A stretch of 64,000 nucleotides of DNA, from the NCBI GenBank assembly GCA_044226015.1, contig JBGAHS010000010.1, positions 288,001 through 352,000 of the forward strand, written 5' to 3'. The notes below the pieces were generated by a model. It ran no database searches. It saw only the letters and a list, made by a program, of their open reading frames with translations, and was not told where the DNA came from. How positions within the stretch are numbered: the stretch's first letter is position 1; every line of letters begins with the position of its first letter. The stretch comes from Candidatus Obscuribacteraceae bacterium (GTDB taxonomy: Bacteria; Cyanobacteriota; Vampirovibrionia; Obscuribacterales; Obscuribacteraceae). Shown here piece after piece: positions 31,527 to 41,068 of this stretch. The position numbers were made by a program, and so were the translations under genes.

Positions 31527-32087
31527 ATGTCAACGAGTACAGAAGGTTATGCTTCAGCCGAAAAGCGCATGAAGAGCGCGCTTGAAACACTGAAAAAGGA
31601 ATACGCTACAGTACGAACTGGTCGTGCAAATCCAGCTTTGCTTGATCGTGTTGAAGTTGAATATTATGGTTCATCCACACCATTGAAGAGTCTGGCTAAT
31701 ATCACGGTGACTGATGCTCGCACTCTCGTTATTCAGCCGTTTGATAAGTCTGCCAACAAAGAAATAGAAAAGGCAATTGTCGCCAGCGGGTTGGGATTAA
31801 CTCCAATGGCTGATGGCGGTGTCATTCGTATCAGCATTCCTTCATTGACAGAAGAGCGCCGCAAGGACCTCACCAAAGTCGTTCGCAAATATGCCGAAGA
31901 AGGTCGTGTTGCAGTGCGAAACGTCAGAAGAGATGCTCTCGATGATTTGAAGAAACTAAAAGGAAAAGAAGTCTCTGAGGACGACTTCAAGAGACAAGAA
32001 GATGCTCTACAAAAGCTTACTGACAAACACGTAAAAGAGATCGATGAGATGACCAAGCATAAAGAAGCTGAGGTCATGGAGGTTTAA
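31527..32087 (+). CDS. frr: Ribosome recycling factor
   Basis: VRTGRANP, LTEERRKDL and VAVRNVRRDA motifs. Confidence 0.98.
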   Translation: MSTSTEGYASAEKRMKSALETLKKEYATVRTGRANPALLDRVEVEYYGSSTPLKSLANITVTDARTLVIQPFDKSANKEIEKAIVASGLGLTPMADGGVIRISIPSLTEERRKDLTKVVRKYAEEGRVAVRNVRRDALDDLKKLKGKEVSEDDFKRQEDALQKLTDKHVKEIDEMTKHKEAEVMEV

Positions 32088-32092
32088 TTATC

Positions 32093-33976
32093 ATGTGTGG
32101 AATCGTTGGATACCTTGGACCTATGGCGGCAGCTCCAGTTCTGATTTCCGAACTGCGCTGCCTCGAATACAGAGGCTATGACTCAGCTGGTGTTGCCGTA
32201 ATTGAAGGCGGTCGTCTTGCTGTTATGAAAGCTGCTGGCAAACTGAGCAATCTGGAGCAAATGCTTCAATCGGAAAAGCCATCAGCTAACATCGGAATTG
32301 GCCATACTCGCTGGGCTACCCACGGTATCCCCAACGATGAAAACGCCCATCCTCATATGGATTGTTCTTCGACACTTGCGATTGTGCATAACGGAATTAT
32401 CGAGAATTACCTCGAATTGCGCTGTGAATTACAAGTTGCTGGACACAACTTTAGCTCTGAAACTGACACCGAAGTGGTGGCACACTTAATCGAAGATGAA
32501 TTGAAAGGCGACAGAGAAGAAGATTTGCTTGCAGCAATCAGAAGAGCTGTTCACCGTTTGAAGGGTGCTTATGCACTCGGTATTGTGAGTCAGAAGCATC
32601 CAGATCGCATTTATGCTGTTAACCATCATTATTCCCTTGCTGTAGGTCTCGGCGAAAACGAAAGCTTCCTCGCTTCTGATAGCGTCGCAGTTTGCCAGTA
32701 CACTTCCAATGTATTGAGACTGGAGCAAAGCGAAATTGCTGAAATCACCACGAATGGTGCCAGACTTTTTTCCTTCGCTGGCACTGAAGTTAAGCGCAAC
32801 CCTGTCTCTATGGACAATGTGCAATTTGTGATCGACAAACAAGGTCACAAACACTTCCTTATGAAGGAAATCTACGAGCAACCGCTTGTTTTGCGTCAGA
32901 CCATTGGGAAGTATCTGATCGACCCGCGTAATCCAATTAGTTTTGAACCACATCTTGCTACTAATGGTGTTGGTGCGGGCTGTCAGTACGGTGTTTACTT
33001 TAGCGACGAAGAAATCAACAAAATTGAACGAATCAAGGTTGTTGCCTGTGGCACCTCCTACCATGCTGCAATGGTCGGCAAGTACATCATCGAGGAAATT
33101 TGTGGAATTCCGATGGATGTAGAAACGGCGTCCGAAGCTAGAAGCCGTCGTCTGCTTGTTGATGATCGCACTCTGACCATTGCCGTCAGTCAATCAGGCG
33201 AGACAGCTGATACTTTGTCAGCTTTTGCTGAAGCAAAAGCAATGGGTTCGATGCTTCTCGGTGTTACAAACCGACCTGACTCGCACCTGGCGCTTGTTTC
33301 GCCAAATCTGATTGTCACCGAATGTGGTATTGAGGTTTCCGTTGCAGCAACGAAAACATTTACCGCCCAGGTGACTTGCTTCTATCTGCTAGCACTGTAC
33401 TTGGCTGAAAAGAAAAAACTTCTTTCCGAAGAAAAGCTTTTCGAGTACAAGTCTGAGTTGCTGAAAACCCCAGCTTTAATTGAACTCGTGCTTTCACGGC
33501 ATGAGGACATAAAAGCTAAATCCATCAAGTATGCCGAAGCCCCAGACATGATGTTTATGGGACGGGGAGTGCACTATCCTGTGGCACTAGAAGGTGCGCT
33601 TAAGTTGAAGGAACTGAGCTATATCCATGCCTCCGGCTATGCCGCAGGCGAGCTTAAGCATGGTCCTATCGCAGTGCTAGATTCGAAGGTTCCTGTTGTC
33701 ACCTTACTGATACCGGGTTCCGTTTATGAAAAGACCCTTTCCAATGCGCAAGAGGCAAAGGCACGTCGTGCCAAAATGATTGCTGTAGCCGTTGAAGGAG
33801 ACCAGCTTGCTAAGGATACTTTCGAGACAGTTTTCGAAATTCCAGCCGTTAGCGAATTCTTCAGCCCCATAGTTAGCGTTGTGCCATTGCAATTGATGTC
33901 CTATTACATCGCCGATTATCTTGGCCAAGATGTAGATCAACCCCGCAATTTGGCGAAATCAGTAACTGTCGAATAA
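32093..33976 (+). CDS. glmS: Glutamine-fructose-6-phosphate transaminase
   Basis: MCGIVG, GHTRWATHG, SQSGETADT and PRNLAKSVTVE motifs. Confidence 0.98.
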   Translation: MCGIVGYLGPMAAAPVLISELRCLEYRGYDSAGVAVIEGGRLAVMKAAGKLSNLEQMLQSEKPSANIGIGHTRWATHGIPNDENAHPHMDCSSTLAIVHNGIIENYLELRCELQVAGHNFSSETDTEVVAHLIEDELKGDREEDLLAAIRRAVHRLKGAYALGIVSQKHPDRIYAVNHHYSLAVGLGENESFLASDSVAVCQYTSNVLRLEQSEIAEITTNGARLFSFAGTEVKRNPVSMDNVQFVIDKQGHKHFLMKEIYEQPLVLRQTIGKYLIDPRNPISFEPHLATNGVGAGCQYGVYFSDEEINKIERIKVVACGTSYHAAMVGKYIIEEICGIPMDVETASEARSRRLLVDDRTLTIAVSQSGETADTLSAFAEAKAMGSMLLGVTNRPDSHLALVSPNLIVTECGIEVSVAATKTFTAQVTCFYLLALYLAEKKKLLSEEKLFEYKSELLKTPALIELVLSRHEDIKAKSIKYAEAPDMMFMGRGVHYPVALEGALKLKELSYIHASGYAAGELKHGPIAVLDSKVPVVTLLIPGSVYEKTLSNAQEAKARRAKMIAVAVEGDQLAKDTFETVFEIPAVSEFFSPIVSVVPLQLMSYYIADYLGQDVDQPRNLAKSVTVE

Positions 33977-34002
33977 CGAATTTTCGTTATCAATGAATTA
34001 GG

Positions 34003-34035
34003 AAGCCATGTCCACTAAGACATGGCTTTTCTTTT
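34003..34035 (+). terminator. Intrinsic terminator of glmS
   Basis: AAGCCATGTC-cactaa-GACATGGCTT followed by ttctttt. Confidence 0.8.
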
Positions 34036-34225
34036 CACGGACTGCGGCGGTTGCTCCCTTGCTTTTGAGGATGATGAGTGCAATCCGCTCATTGAGACAT
34101 AGTCTGTCGAGACTCTAGCCTCGGGCTGGCTCCCTCGCAACTTGATTCAAGAGATGCCCAATCCTGTCGATTCGGCTGGTGGCATCTGTATCTCATAGCT
34201 CGCCTGTACTTCAGATGACCGAATT

Positions 34226-34250
34226 AAAAGGGAGAGCTTTCGCTCTCCCT
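34226..34250 (-). terminator. Intrinsic terminator of the secretin gene
   Basis: AGGGAGAGC-gaaa-GCTCTCCCT followed by TTT on the minus strand. Confidence 0.8.
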
Positions 34251-34276
34251 CTTGCTTTACTCTAGTTTGCCATCAA

Positions 34277-36667
34277 TTACATCTTGGCGCCTGGATTGGC
34301 TTCTGAAATTGGTGGAACTCCTGGTTGTTCTTCAACAATTCTTGGGGTGATCATGAGCATGAGCTCTCTTCTGTCACGTCCCTTGAGTGTGTTTCTGAAC
34401 AATGCACCAAACAACGGTGTTTCTGCAAGATAAGGAACTTTCGATATCTGAGCAGCTTCTTGTTCTGAGAACAATCCACCGAGTACCAGTGTCTGACCAT
34501 CTTTAACTCTTACTTCTTGAGCCATGATTTCTCTGATGTTCAAGAGAGTTACGATAACCTGCTGGTTCGCGAATGTTTGGGGCGGTCCAAGCGGAGCGGA
34601 GACTTGTGGTCTGATACGCATGTAGATGAATCCATCTTCCGAGGCTTTCGGCAACACATCGAGGAAGATACCAGCTTTGGTCAATTCAACGTTTACGTTG
34701 GTAACACCCAACGATACGGTAGATGTGACTTTGTGGATAACTTCTTGCGCCAGTGTTACGAGAGCTTCTGTGTTATCTGAGACAACTACGCTTGGGTTAG
34801 CGAGAATTTTTGCTTTGTTTTGTTGCAAGAGCATGTTAACGCTCAAGTTCAGTCCCATCGGTACGGTAGCGATGTTGGTTCTGCCGCCTGCTTCTTTATT
34901 AAGAGCCAGGAAGTTGAAGTTGCTCGCTGCAGTAGACGATGCTGTGATTCCTGCAATGTTGGCAGCAAGAGCTGCTGGGAAGAATCCGCCGAGTATACCG
35001 GCATAACCTGTCGAAGGTGCCGTCACAGTGTTCGCAGCTGGGTTTGAAGCCGTCTGAGTCGAAGTGAATGTACCCGTGAGTGGGTTTGGATTTCCCGCTG
35101 GAAGAATCTGTACCTGGTTCCCGTTGCTCGCTCCGAGTGTACCCGTTGCTGTTCTGGCTACGGTCGCACCCTGAGAGCCGAATCCTGGAAGGGAGTTGAT
35201 GAGCGGAGCTCCAGTACCACCGAGCAACGCACCTGATGCACCTTGTCCCTGCAGGTTCAGTGAAGCACCTAGCTGTCTGATACCTGAGTTGTTTAATTCG
35301 ATCAAGGAGACTTGAACGTGAATTTGTTTCGGACGTTTGTCGAGGCAGCGTATACACTCTTCAGCAACTGCAAGGTCGTCAGGCGTTCCGACAACAACAA
35401 CCTGTCGGTTTCTGTTGTCTGGAATTACGATAGCTCCACCGCCGTTTTGGTCAACGATGTAGTCCTGGGTAATTTCCTGGAAGGCTCTGATTTGTTCAGT
35501 ACCTGGGTCTTGTCCTGCGTTGTTGAAGCCAGTACCTTCTTGAATCTGTGTGCGGCTTGTACCTTTCAACTGTCTCTGGTTGTCCAGACGAGAACTGAAT
35601 GAGTAGTCAGCACCAGCATCACTTTCTTCTTTGCTTTCGATTGCGTTTGAAGATTGTTCATGCGCGTCTTGTCTTCTGTTGGCGCCACCAGCGCCTACAC
35701 CAGCTGACTGTGTTTCTTCTCTTGTCTCATTAGCGCTCTTTGGAGATTCGCTCTTAGCTGTTGCGTATCTTTGCTTGAAGGTTCCAGAAAAATCTGGAAG
35801 AACGCCTCTGTTGAATACGGAGGTGAAGAGAATGTTTGAGATGTCCCATGGGGTGATGTAGCTTAGCTTGAACACTTTGTAGTGTGTTCTGTTCAATCCC
35901 ATGAGGGTCAGTGCGTTCGGTGAACCTACGATGACCGTGTTGCTATCGAGTGTTCTGGCTTGCAGACCTGACTGAGCAAGAACTGCGTCCATTGCTTCGT
36001 TCAAGGTCACATCATGCAAGTCGCCTGTGATGTTGCCGATAACTGATCTGTCGATGAGGATGTTTAAGTTACCGCGACGAGCCAATTCAGCGATTACTTC
36101 TTTTATAGGAGTTTCGCGGAAGCTCAGATTGTGAATCAATTCTTCTTTAGCGAAGAGTTTGAAATCTCTTCTGATTTTGCCTTCACCGCCGTTTGCCGGC
36201 AGGCTCTTGTAAGCTGGGTCGAGACGCTTGTTGGCGGTTCCACCTGTGGTGTCAGCCAACTCGGTTCCGCTGCCTACCGCTGCTTCTCCACCTGTTGTCT
36301 CTGCAGACTTTGCGCTGGCGTCGTCGGCACCGAGGCTCACGTTGTCGCCGTCAATTTTCAGAGACGGAGCTTCGGAGTTAACTGGCTCGGTAGAAGCCGC
36401 GATCGCTGCTGCATTCGGCGCAGATATTTTGTTCAAACCAACAGACTCAGATGCACTGGTGTCTTGTCCTGGTTTGACTTCTGCTGTCGAAGTCATTTCA
36501 AGAGAAGGAGGTTTGAAATTCAGCGTACCGTTTGTGGTATCGCCGGCGATATTTGATTGCGCCCATGCTATAGGGGTTGCGATTAGGCTAAAAGCCATCA
36601 ATGACGCAGTCCACTTCACAACTTGAGCGCCTTGGTTTAGGCGAGTCATCGCAAGTCCTTTCTTCAT
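34277..36667 (-). CDS. Outer-membrane secretin, PilQ/GspD family
   Basis: Signal peptide, N-domain LSFRETPIKEVI, LDKRPKQIHVQV, and VKDGQTLVLGGL...KVPYLAETPLFGALFR...LMITPRIV secretin signature. Confidence 0.92.
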   Translation of the reverse strand: MKKGLAMTRLNQGAQVVKWTASLMAFSLIATPIAWAQSNIAGDTTNGTLNFKPPSLEMTSTAEVKPGQDTSASESVGLNKISAPNAAAIAASTEPVNSEAPSLKIDGDNVSLGADDASAKSAETTGGEAAVGSGTELADTTGGTANKRLDPAYKSLPANGGEGKIRRDFKLFAKEELIHNLSFRETPIKEVIAELARRGNLNILIDRSVIGNITGDLHDVTLNEAMDAVLAQSGLQARTLDSNTVIVGSPNALTLMGLNRTHYKVFKLSYITPWDISNILFTSVFNRGVLPDFSGTFKQRYATAKSESPKSANETREETQSAGVGAGGANRRQDAHEQSSNAIESKEESDAGADYSFSSRLDNQRQLKGTSRTQIQEGTGFNNAGQDPGTEQIRAFQEITQDYIVDQNGGGAIVIPDNRNRQVVVVGTPDDLAVAEECIRCLDKRPKQIHVQVSLIELNNSGIRQLGASLNLQGQGASGALLGGTGAPLINSLPGFGSQGATVARTATGTLGASNGNQVQILPAGNPNPLTGTFTSTQTASNPAANTVTAPSTGYAGILGGFFPAALAANIAGITASSTAASNFNFLALNKEAGGRTNIATVPMGLNLSVNMLLQQNKAKILANPSVVVSDNTEALVTLAQEVIHKVTSTVSLGVTNVNVELTKAGIFLDVLPKASEDGFIYMRIRPQVSAPLGPPQTFANQQVIVTLLNIREIMAQEVRVKDGQTLVLGGLFSEQEAAQISKVPYLAETPLFGALFRNTLKGRDRRELMLMITPRIVEEQPGVPPISEANPGAKM

Positions 36668-37086
36668 TTAGCTGCCACTTTGGTCGGGAAAAAAACAATA
36701 AACATTTTTAGATAGTAAGGTGAAATTAGCCGGTTTTATTGTACACGCTCAGCATCAAATTGCAAACAAAGGATTCGTCGCCGCCGTGTATTCGCTCTCC
36801 ATGATCGTTTTCGGAGTAGCCGATGCTTAGCTTATTCTAATCGTGGATCTTGAAATCCTCCTTCGCACCATAGCTAGTGTCATCGGGCGTTTTGCTTCCT
36901 ACTAATTTTGGCGATTTGTTAATCGTCCCTATAATACCGTTGACTTATCTGACGTAAATCAGGATGCATGCGAAAAAAGTCTGAAATTCTTGCTCTTTGA
37001 AATCTCAATTTTTTATACGACAGTTCTTCATAATTGATCTCTCATCTGAGGCAATCTCCAGATGACGCATGTCAACAGATGAGTGG

Positions 37087-38166
37087 CTATTTCCCGCTGT
37101 AGAGTCGGTGAATTGCTACTTCCAAGTTATTCCTGGCTTCAGTAAATCGCGGATTGATTCGCAAAGCCAATCTGAATTCTGAAATAGCAGGAACTATCTC
37201 GCCTCTCTTGTAAAGAGCATACCCCAGGTCGTTTCTCGCGCTTGGATTTAAAGGGTCAATTGCGACAGCCTGATTGAATTCCTCAACTGCTCCGCTGCTG
37301 TCTCCGTGACTGAACAAGCAGCGACCCAGTGCTAGATGGCTGTCGGGTGAACTTGGGTTTAGCAACATTGCTTGCCTGGCGGTGCGCAGAGCTGCCGTCT
37401 TGTCGCCTGATTTCAGAAGCGCATTTGTAAGTGCTACCTGCGCGCGAGCAGATGTGGCGTCAAGCGAAACAGCCTGTCGTGACGAATCCATCGCGCCACG
37501 ATTATCTCCCGATGCATACAGCGCCTCTGAAAGAGCCGACAGCGACTCGGCTGTTGGCTTGATGGATATCGCGCGACGATTTTCGTTTATCGATTCCTGA
37601 ATGTTGCCACCATGCGCAAGTGATTCGGCGAAAAGAAAATGTATCTCGGCCTGGTTCGGAGAAATCTCAACGGCTCTTCTAAATTGTGCCAGCGCTTCCA
37701 TATGATGACCGGCCAGTTCAAGCACTTTTCCGAGAAGGGCTCGAGCCGCTGCCGATGACGGGTTCAAATTGATCGATGTCGTCAGTTCGCTTGCCGCACC
37801 TTCGAGATCTCCCACCAGGTAAAGATAGGTTCCGAGCTTGAATCTTAGAAATGCATCTTTCGGATTGTCAGTAACTTGTCTGCGAACTTTGATGACAGTT
37901 TCGCCGTATAGCTTGAGCTCAGGCGTTTGCCGGTCGAGCATGAGCAACTTCAAGTAATCTTCGCGCTGTGACTCTTTGCTATTGGTATCAGCAGTGGTGA
38001 CTTCCTTATGCTCTGGCTCTTTCTTCTCTTCAATCTTTTTTGTTTTCGGCTCAGTCTTTCCGCTGCCAGTCTCAGCAGCCGTTACCGTCATATTGATAAA
38101 ACATAATTGAGTGATTGCAATAGCTAGTGTATATACTACTGCTTCTGCACGTTGAAAAATGCGCAA
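37087..38166 (-). CDS. TPR protein, probably exported
   Basis: About 8 TPRs and a hydrophobic N-terminus. TTG 38166 has GAGG upstream and avoids overlap with hemW; start uncertain. Confidence 0.85.
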   Translation of the reverse strand: MRIFQRAEAVVYTLAIAITQLCFINMTVTAAETGSGKTEPKTKKIEEKKEPEHKEVTTADTNSKESQREDYLKLLMLDRQTPELKLYGETVIKVRRQVTDNPKDAFLRFKLGTYLYLVGDLEGAASELTTSINLNPSSAAARALLGKVLELAGHHMEALAQFRRAVEISPNQAEIHFLFAESLAHGGNIQESINENRRAISIKPTAESLSALSEALYASGDNRGAMDSSRQAVSLDATSARAQVALTNALLKSGDKTAALRTARQAMLLNPSSPDSHLALGRCLFSHGDSSGAVEEFNQAVAIDPLNPSARNDLGYALYKRGEIVPAISEFRLALRINPRFTEARNNLEVAIHRLYSGK

Positions 38167-38206
38167 CTTATCTTGTCCTCTGCAGTTTATTTGATTCTGA
38201 CTGATA

Positions 38207-39331
38207 ATGGCAAAATCCGCATACATACATATACCATTTTGCGCTCACAAATGTGACTTTTGTGACTTTGCAGCTTTTGCTGGACTGGATGATCTGCAAG
38301 GCGAATATGCAAATGTGCTAGTCAAAGAAATAGAGCACCGTCTTTCAGCAGAACCCAATAATGAAAAGCTCAGCACCATCTTTTTTGGTGGTGGCACACC
38401 TGGATATGTTCCAGCAATCCATTTGGCTCAAGCAATTGAGAGCTTGAAACAACTTTGCGGAATTGAAGAGAATCCCGAAATCACAATTGAAACTACCCCT
38501 GCCACCATAAGTGAAGAAAAGGTAGAGGCGTGGCTTAAAGCCGGGATCAATCGAATCTCTATAGGCATAGAGTCACTGCATGAAAATGAACTGCAGGCTA
38601 TGGGTCGGGGAGTACAATCACGAGAAACTGCAATGTTGTCAGTTCTCAATGCTCGAAAATTTGGCTTTGAGAATGTAGCAGTAGATTTGATGTATGGTCT
38701 GCCAAAACAAACCCTTGAATCGTTTGAATCTACGCTAAATGATTTGCTTTCGCTTGGAGCTGACCATTTGTCATCTTATGGCTTGACCATTGCCCAGAAT
38801 TCACCGCTATTGGTGCACTATCCATTGAGTTCCGATGAATACCCTTCTGAAGAAGTCTTCGTTCAAATGTATGATTCGTTGGTTCGAATTGCTGAATCTT
38901 TTGGTTTGTCTCAATACGAAATATCCAATTTCGCTAAGTCTGGTTTTGAAAGTCGACACAATAAGATTTACTGGAAAAACGAAGAGTATCTTGCCTTTGG
39001 AGTAAGCGCTCATCGCTATTATCGAGGCAAACGCAGCTCTAACTTCAGAGCCTTGAAGCGATATATGCGCGAGTATCAAAACAACGAAACCGAAGAGCTA
39101 ATCAACGAGGAGAACAAAATCAAGGAAGCAATTTTTCTTGGTTTACGCCTGACGGCCGGGTTGAACCTACGAGAATTCGAAGCTGAGTATTCGCATGATT
39201 TGTCGACTATAAAAGGTATGGAAATTAGTAAACTTGAAGAGCTAGGACTCCTGAAGCTAAGGAATGGTTGCTTGAGCCTTACGCAGAAGGGCATTTTGAT
39301 AAGCAATACTGTACTGGCCGAACTAATATGA
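38207..39331 (+). CDS. hemW: Radical SAM heme chaperone HemW
   Basis: YIHIPFCAHKCDFCDF, GGGTP and YEISNFA...HNKIYW motifs. Confidence 0.93.
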   Translation: MAKSAYIHIPFCAHKCDFCDFAAFAGLDDLQGEYANVLVKEIEHRLSAEPNNEKLSTIFFGGGTPGYVPAIHLAQAIESLKQLCGIEENPEITIETTPATISEEKVEAWLKAGINRISIGIESLHENELQAMGRGVQSRETAMLSVLNARKFGFENVAVDLMYGLPKQTLESFESTLNDLLSLGADHLSSYGLTIAQNSPLLVHYPLSSDEYPSEEVFVQMYDSLVRIAESFGLSQYEISNFAKSGFESRHNKIYWKNEEYLAFGVSAHRYYRGKRSSNFRALKRYMREYQNNETEELINEENKIKEAIFLGLRLTAGLNLREFEAEYSHDLSTIKGMEISKLEELGLLKLRNGCLSLTQKGILISNTVLAELI

Positions 39332-39417
39332 GAAGAAGTTTAACTTTGTGTCATTTTGGGTAATTCAAGCAATGAGAGTTGTGAAGGGGTAGGGCTTAAT
39401 GCTCTGCATTTACTACG

Positions 39418-40902
39418 ATGAATGAGCTCGAAGACGATGAAATAGTACTTCGAGTCGAGAAAGACCCGCTCATTGGGAAAAAGCTAGGTGGTAGATATCA
39501 AATCGCCTCTGTGCTTGGGCGGGGCGGCATGGGCGTCGTCTACAAAGCGACCCAGGTAGATATTGATAGACCTGTCGCTCTCAAGACCTTACACATCAGC
39601 AAAGTAATTGATAGCAAGGTTATTCAGAAGTTTCGCTCAGAGGCTCAAGCTATCTGTAAAGTCAGGCATCCCAACACGGTGATGGTTTATGACTTTGGTG
39701 TCAGCGACGAGGGGGTGCCGTTTCTAGTAATGGATTTGATCAACGGCATAAGTTTTCGTCAGGTGGTTAAAGAGCATGCTCCCCTTTTGAATCTGGGGCG
39801 CGTCTACAATGTATTTAAACAGATTTGTGCAGCGCTTACTGCTGCGCATGAAGCTGGAATCGTACACCGCGACCTCAAACCGGAGAACATTATGCTCTGC
39901 CCAAAACAGGGGCAACCTGATTGGGTGTACGTATTCGATTTTGGCATTGCTGGAATGATGGATGGCTCGGAGCAAGATCGCGAGATTATTGGAAGCCCTC
40001 CTTATATGAGTCCTGAGCAGTGCTCAACCGAAGGCAAAATTGATCATCGGACAGACATCTATGCTCTCGGTGTGTGTTTGTTTGAGGCTCTGAGTGGCAA
40101 GTTTCCGTTTCAAGCGCGAACAGCAATGGAAATGATGGAGTGCCATTTGCATCAGAAACCTCGTGTGCTAAAAGAGCTTGATTCGAAATTTGGCACTTAC
40201 GAATCTATCGGGCAAGTCATTTTGAAAGCGATGGATAAGCAACCTGAAAAACGGCAGCAATCCGTTAAAGAATTTGCTATGGAGTTGGAAGACGCAATTA
40301 AGAAGGATTCCAGAAGAGGCATGCAGTTGAAAGACCGCGTCACTATGGAAATTACAGCACCGAAGACAGAAGATTTTGTAGCCGTTAAACAAGACAACCC
40401 TGGTCTAGAGTCTGGTATTCATAAGTCAATAGTGGAAAAGGTTCAAGCTTTTGTACAGGGTGACCAGCGTGATGAGCCAGAGAAGGAAGAAGAAGATGCA
40501 GAGTCGAAGTATTATTTCTCGCATTGCCCACATTGCGAGGCGCCTACCGAGCCAGGAATAAGCTTGTGTCTGGCTTGCGGCAGAAGCCTGGCATCGAAAT
40601 CTGATTTTAGTAAAATTCGTGCGTCTAGAGGCGATTTTAGTTTGCCTCGGCATCATGAGCTGAGTACGTCACAAGCTAATTCAGCTAAGGGTTTCAGCCA
40701 GAAGAGTAAGTCTGCGATGGGTTCCAATCGCATTTGGTCTAAATCACTATTGATGGTTCTGGTAGGTTTTCTGCTGCTCGGATGTGCTTTCGTCTTCATG
40801 GGTGGTGGCAAGTGGCTGTCCATCACATTCGGTTCAAGTCAAGATACTATGGGCGCACCATCAGATAATACGTCGGTGAATACAAGCACTCCTACTCAGT
40901 AA
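39418..40902 (+). CDS. Ser/Thr kinase with zinc ribbon and C-terminal TM anchor
   Basis: GRGGMG, VALK, HRDLKPEN and DFG motifs; CPHC...CLAC; hydrophobic helix near the C-terminus. Confidence 0.93.
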   Translation: MNELEDDEIVLRVEKDPLIGKKLGGRYQIASVLGRGGMGVVYKATQVDIDRPVALKTLHISKVIDSKVIQKFRSEAQAICKVRHPNTVMVYDFGVSDEGVPFLVMDLINGISFRQVVKEHAPLLNLGRVYNVFKQICAALTAAHEAGIVHRDLKPENIMLCPKQGQPDWVYVFDFGIAGMMDGSEQDREIIGSPPYMSPEQCSTEGKIDHRTDIYALGVCLFEALSGKFPFQARTAMEMMECHLHQKPRVLKELDSKFGTYESIGQVILKAMDKQPEKRQQSVKEFAMELEDAIKKDSRRGMQLKDRVTMEITAPKTEDFVAVKQDNPGLESGIHKSIVEKVQAFVQGDQRDEPEKEEEDAESKYYFSHCPHCEAPTEPGISLCLACGRSLASKSDFSKIRASRGDFSLPRHHELSTSQANSAKGFSQKSKSAMGSNRIWSKSLLMVLVGFLLLGCAFVFMGGGKWLSITFGSSQDTMGAPSDNTSVNTSTPTQ

Positions 40903-41068
40903 AGACGAGGTTTCTGCGGGTCCACCCTGCGAATTCAACTTTTTGAACCCCTGCGGAGATGGATGTGGTGAATGGATGCTTTGACATGCCGTGAATCGAT
41001 CTCGTAATTGGATTACATGCATTGAGCGCGTAAGCACACTTTTGCGATTGGATTCTATGGTTGGTGAT

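Noticed and set aside
32088..32092. glmS ribozyme
   Set aside because: Only 5 nt separate frr and glmS.
36668..37086. c-di-GMP or other riboswitch upstream of the secretin
   Set aside because: I could not find the expected conserved motifs on the minus strand.
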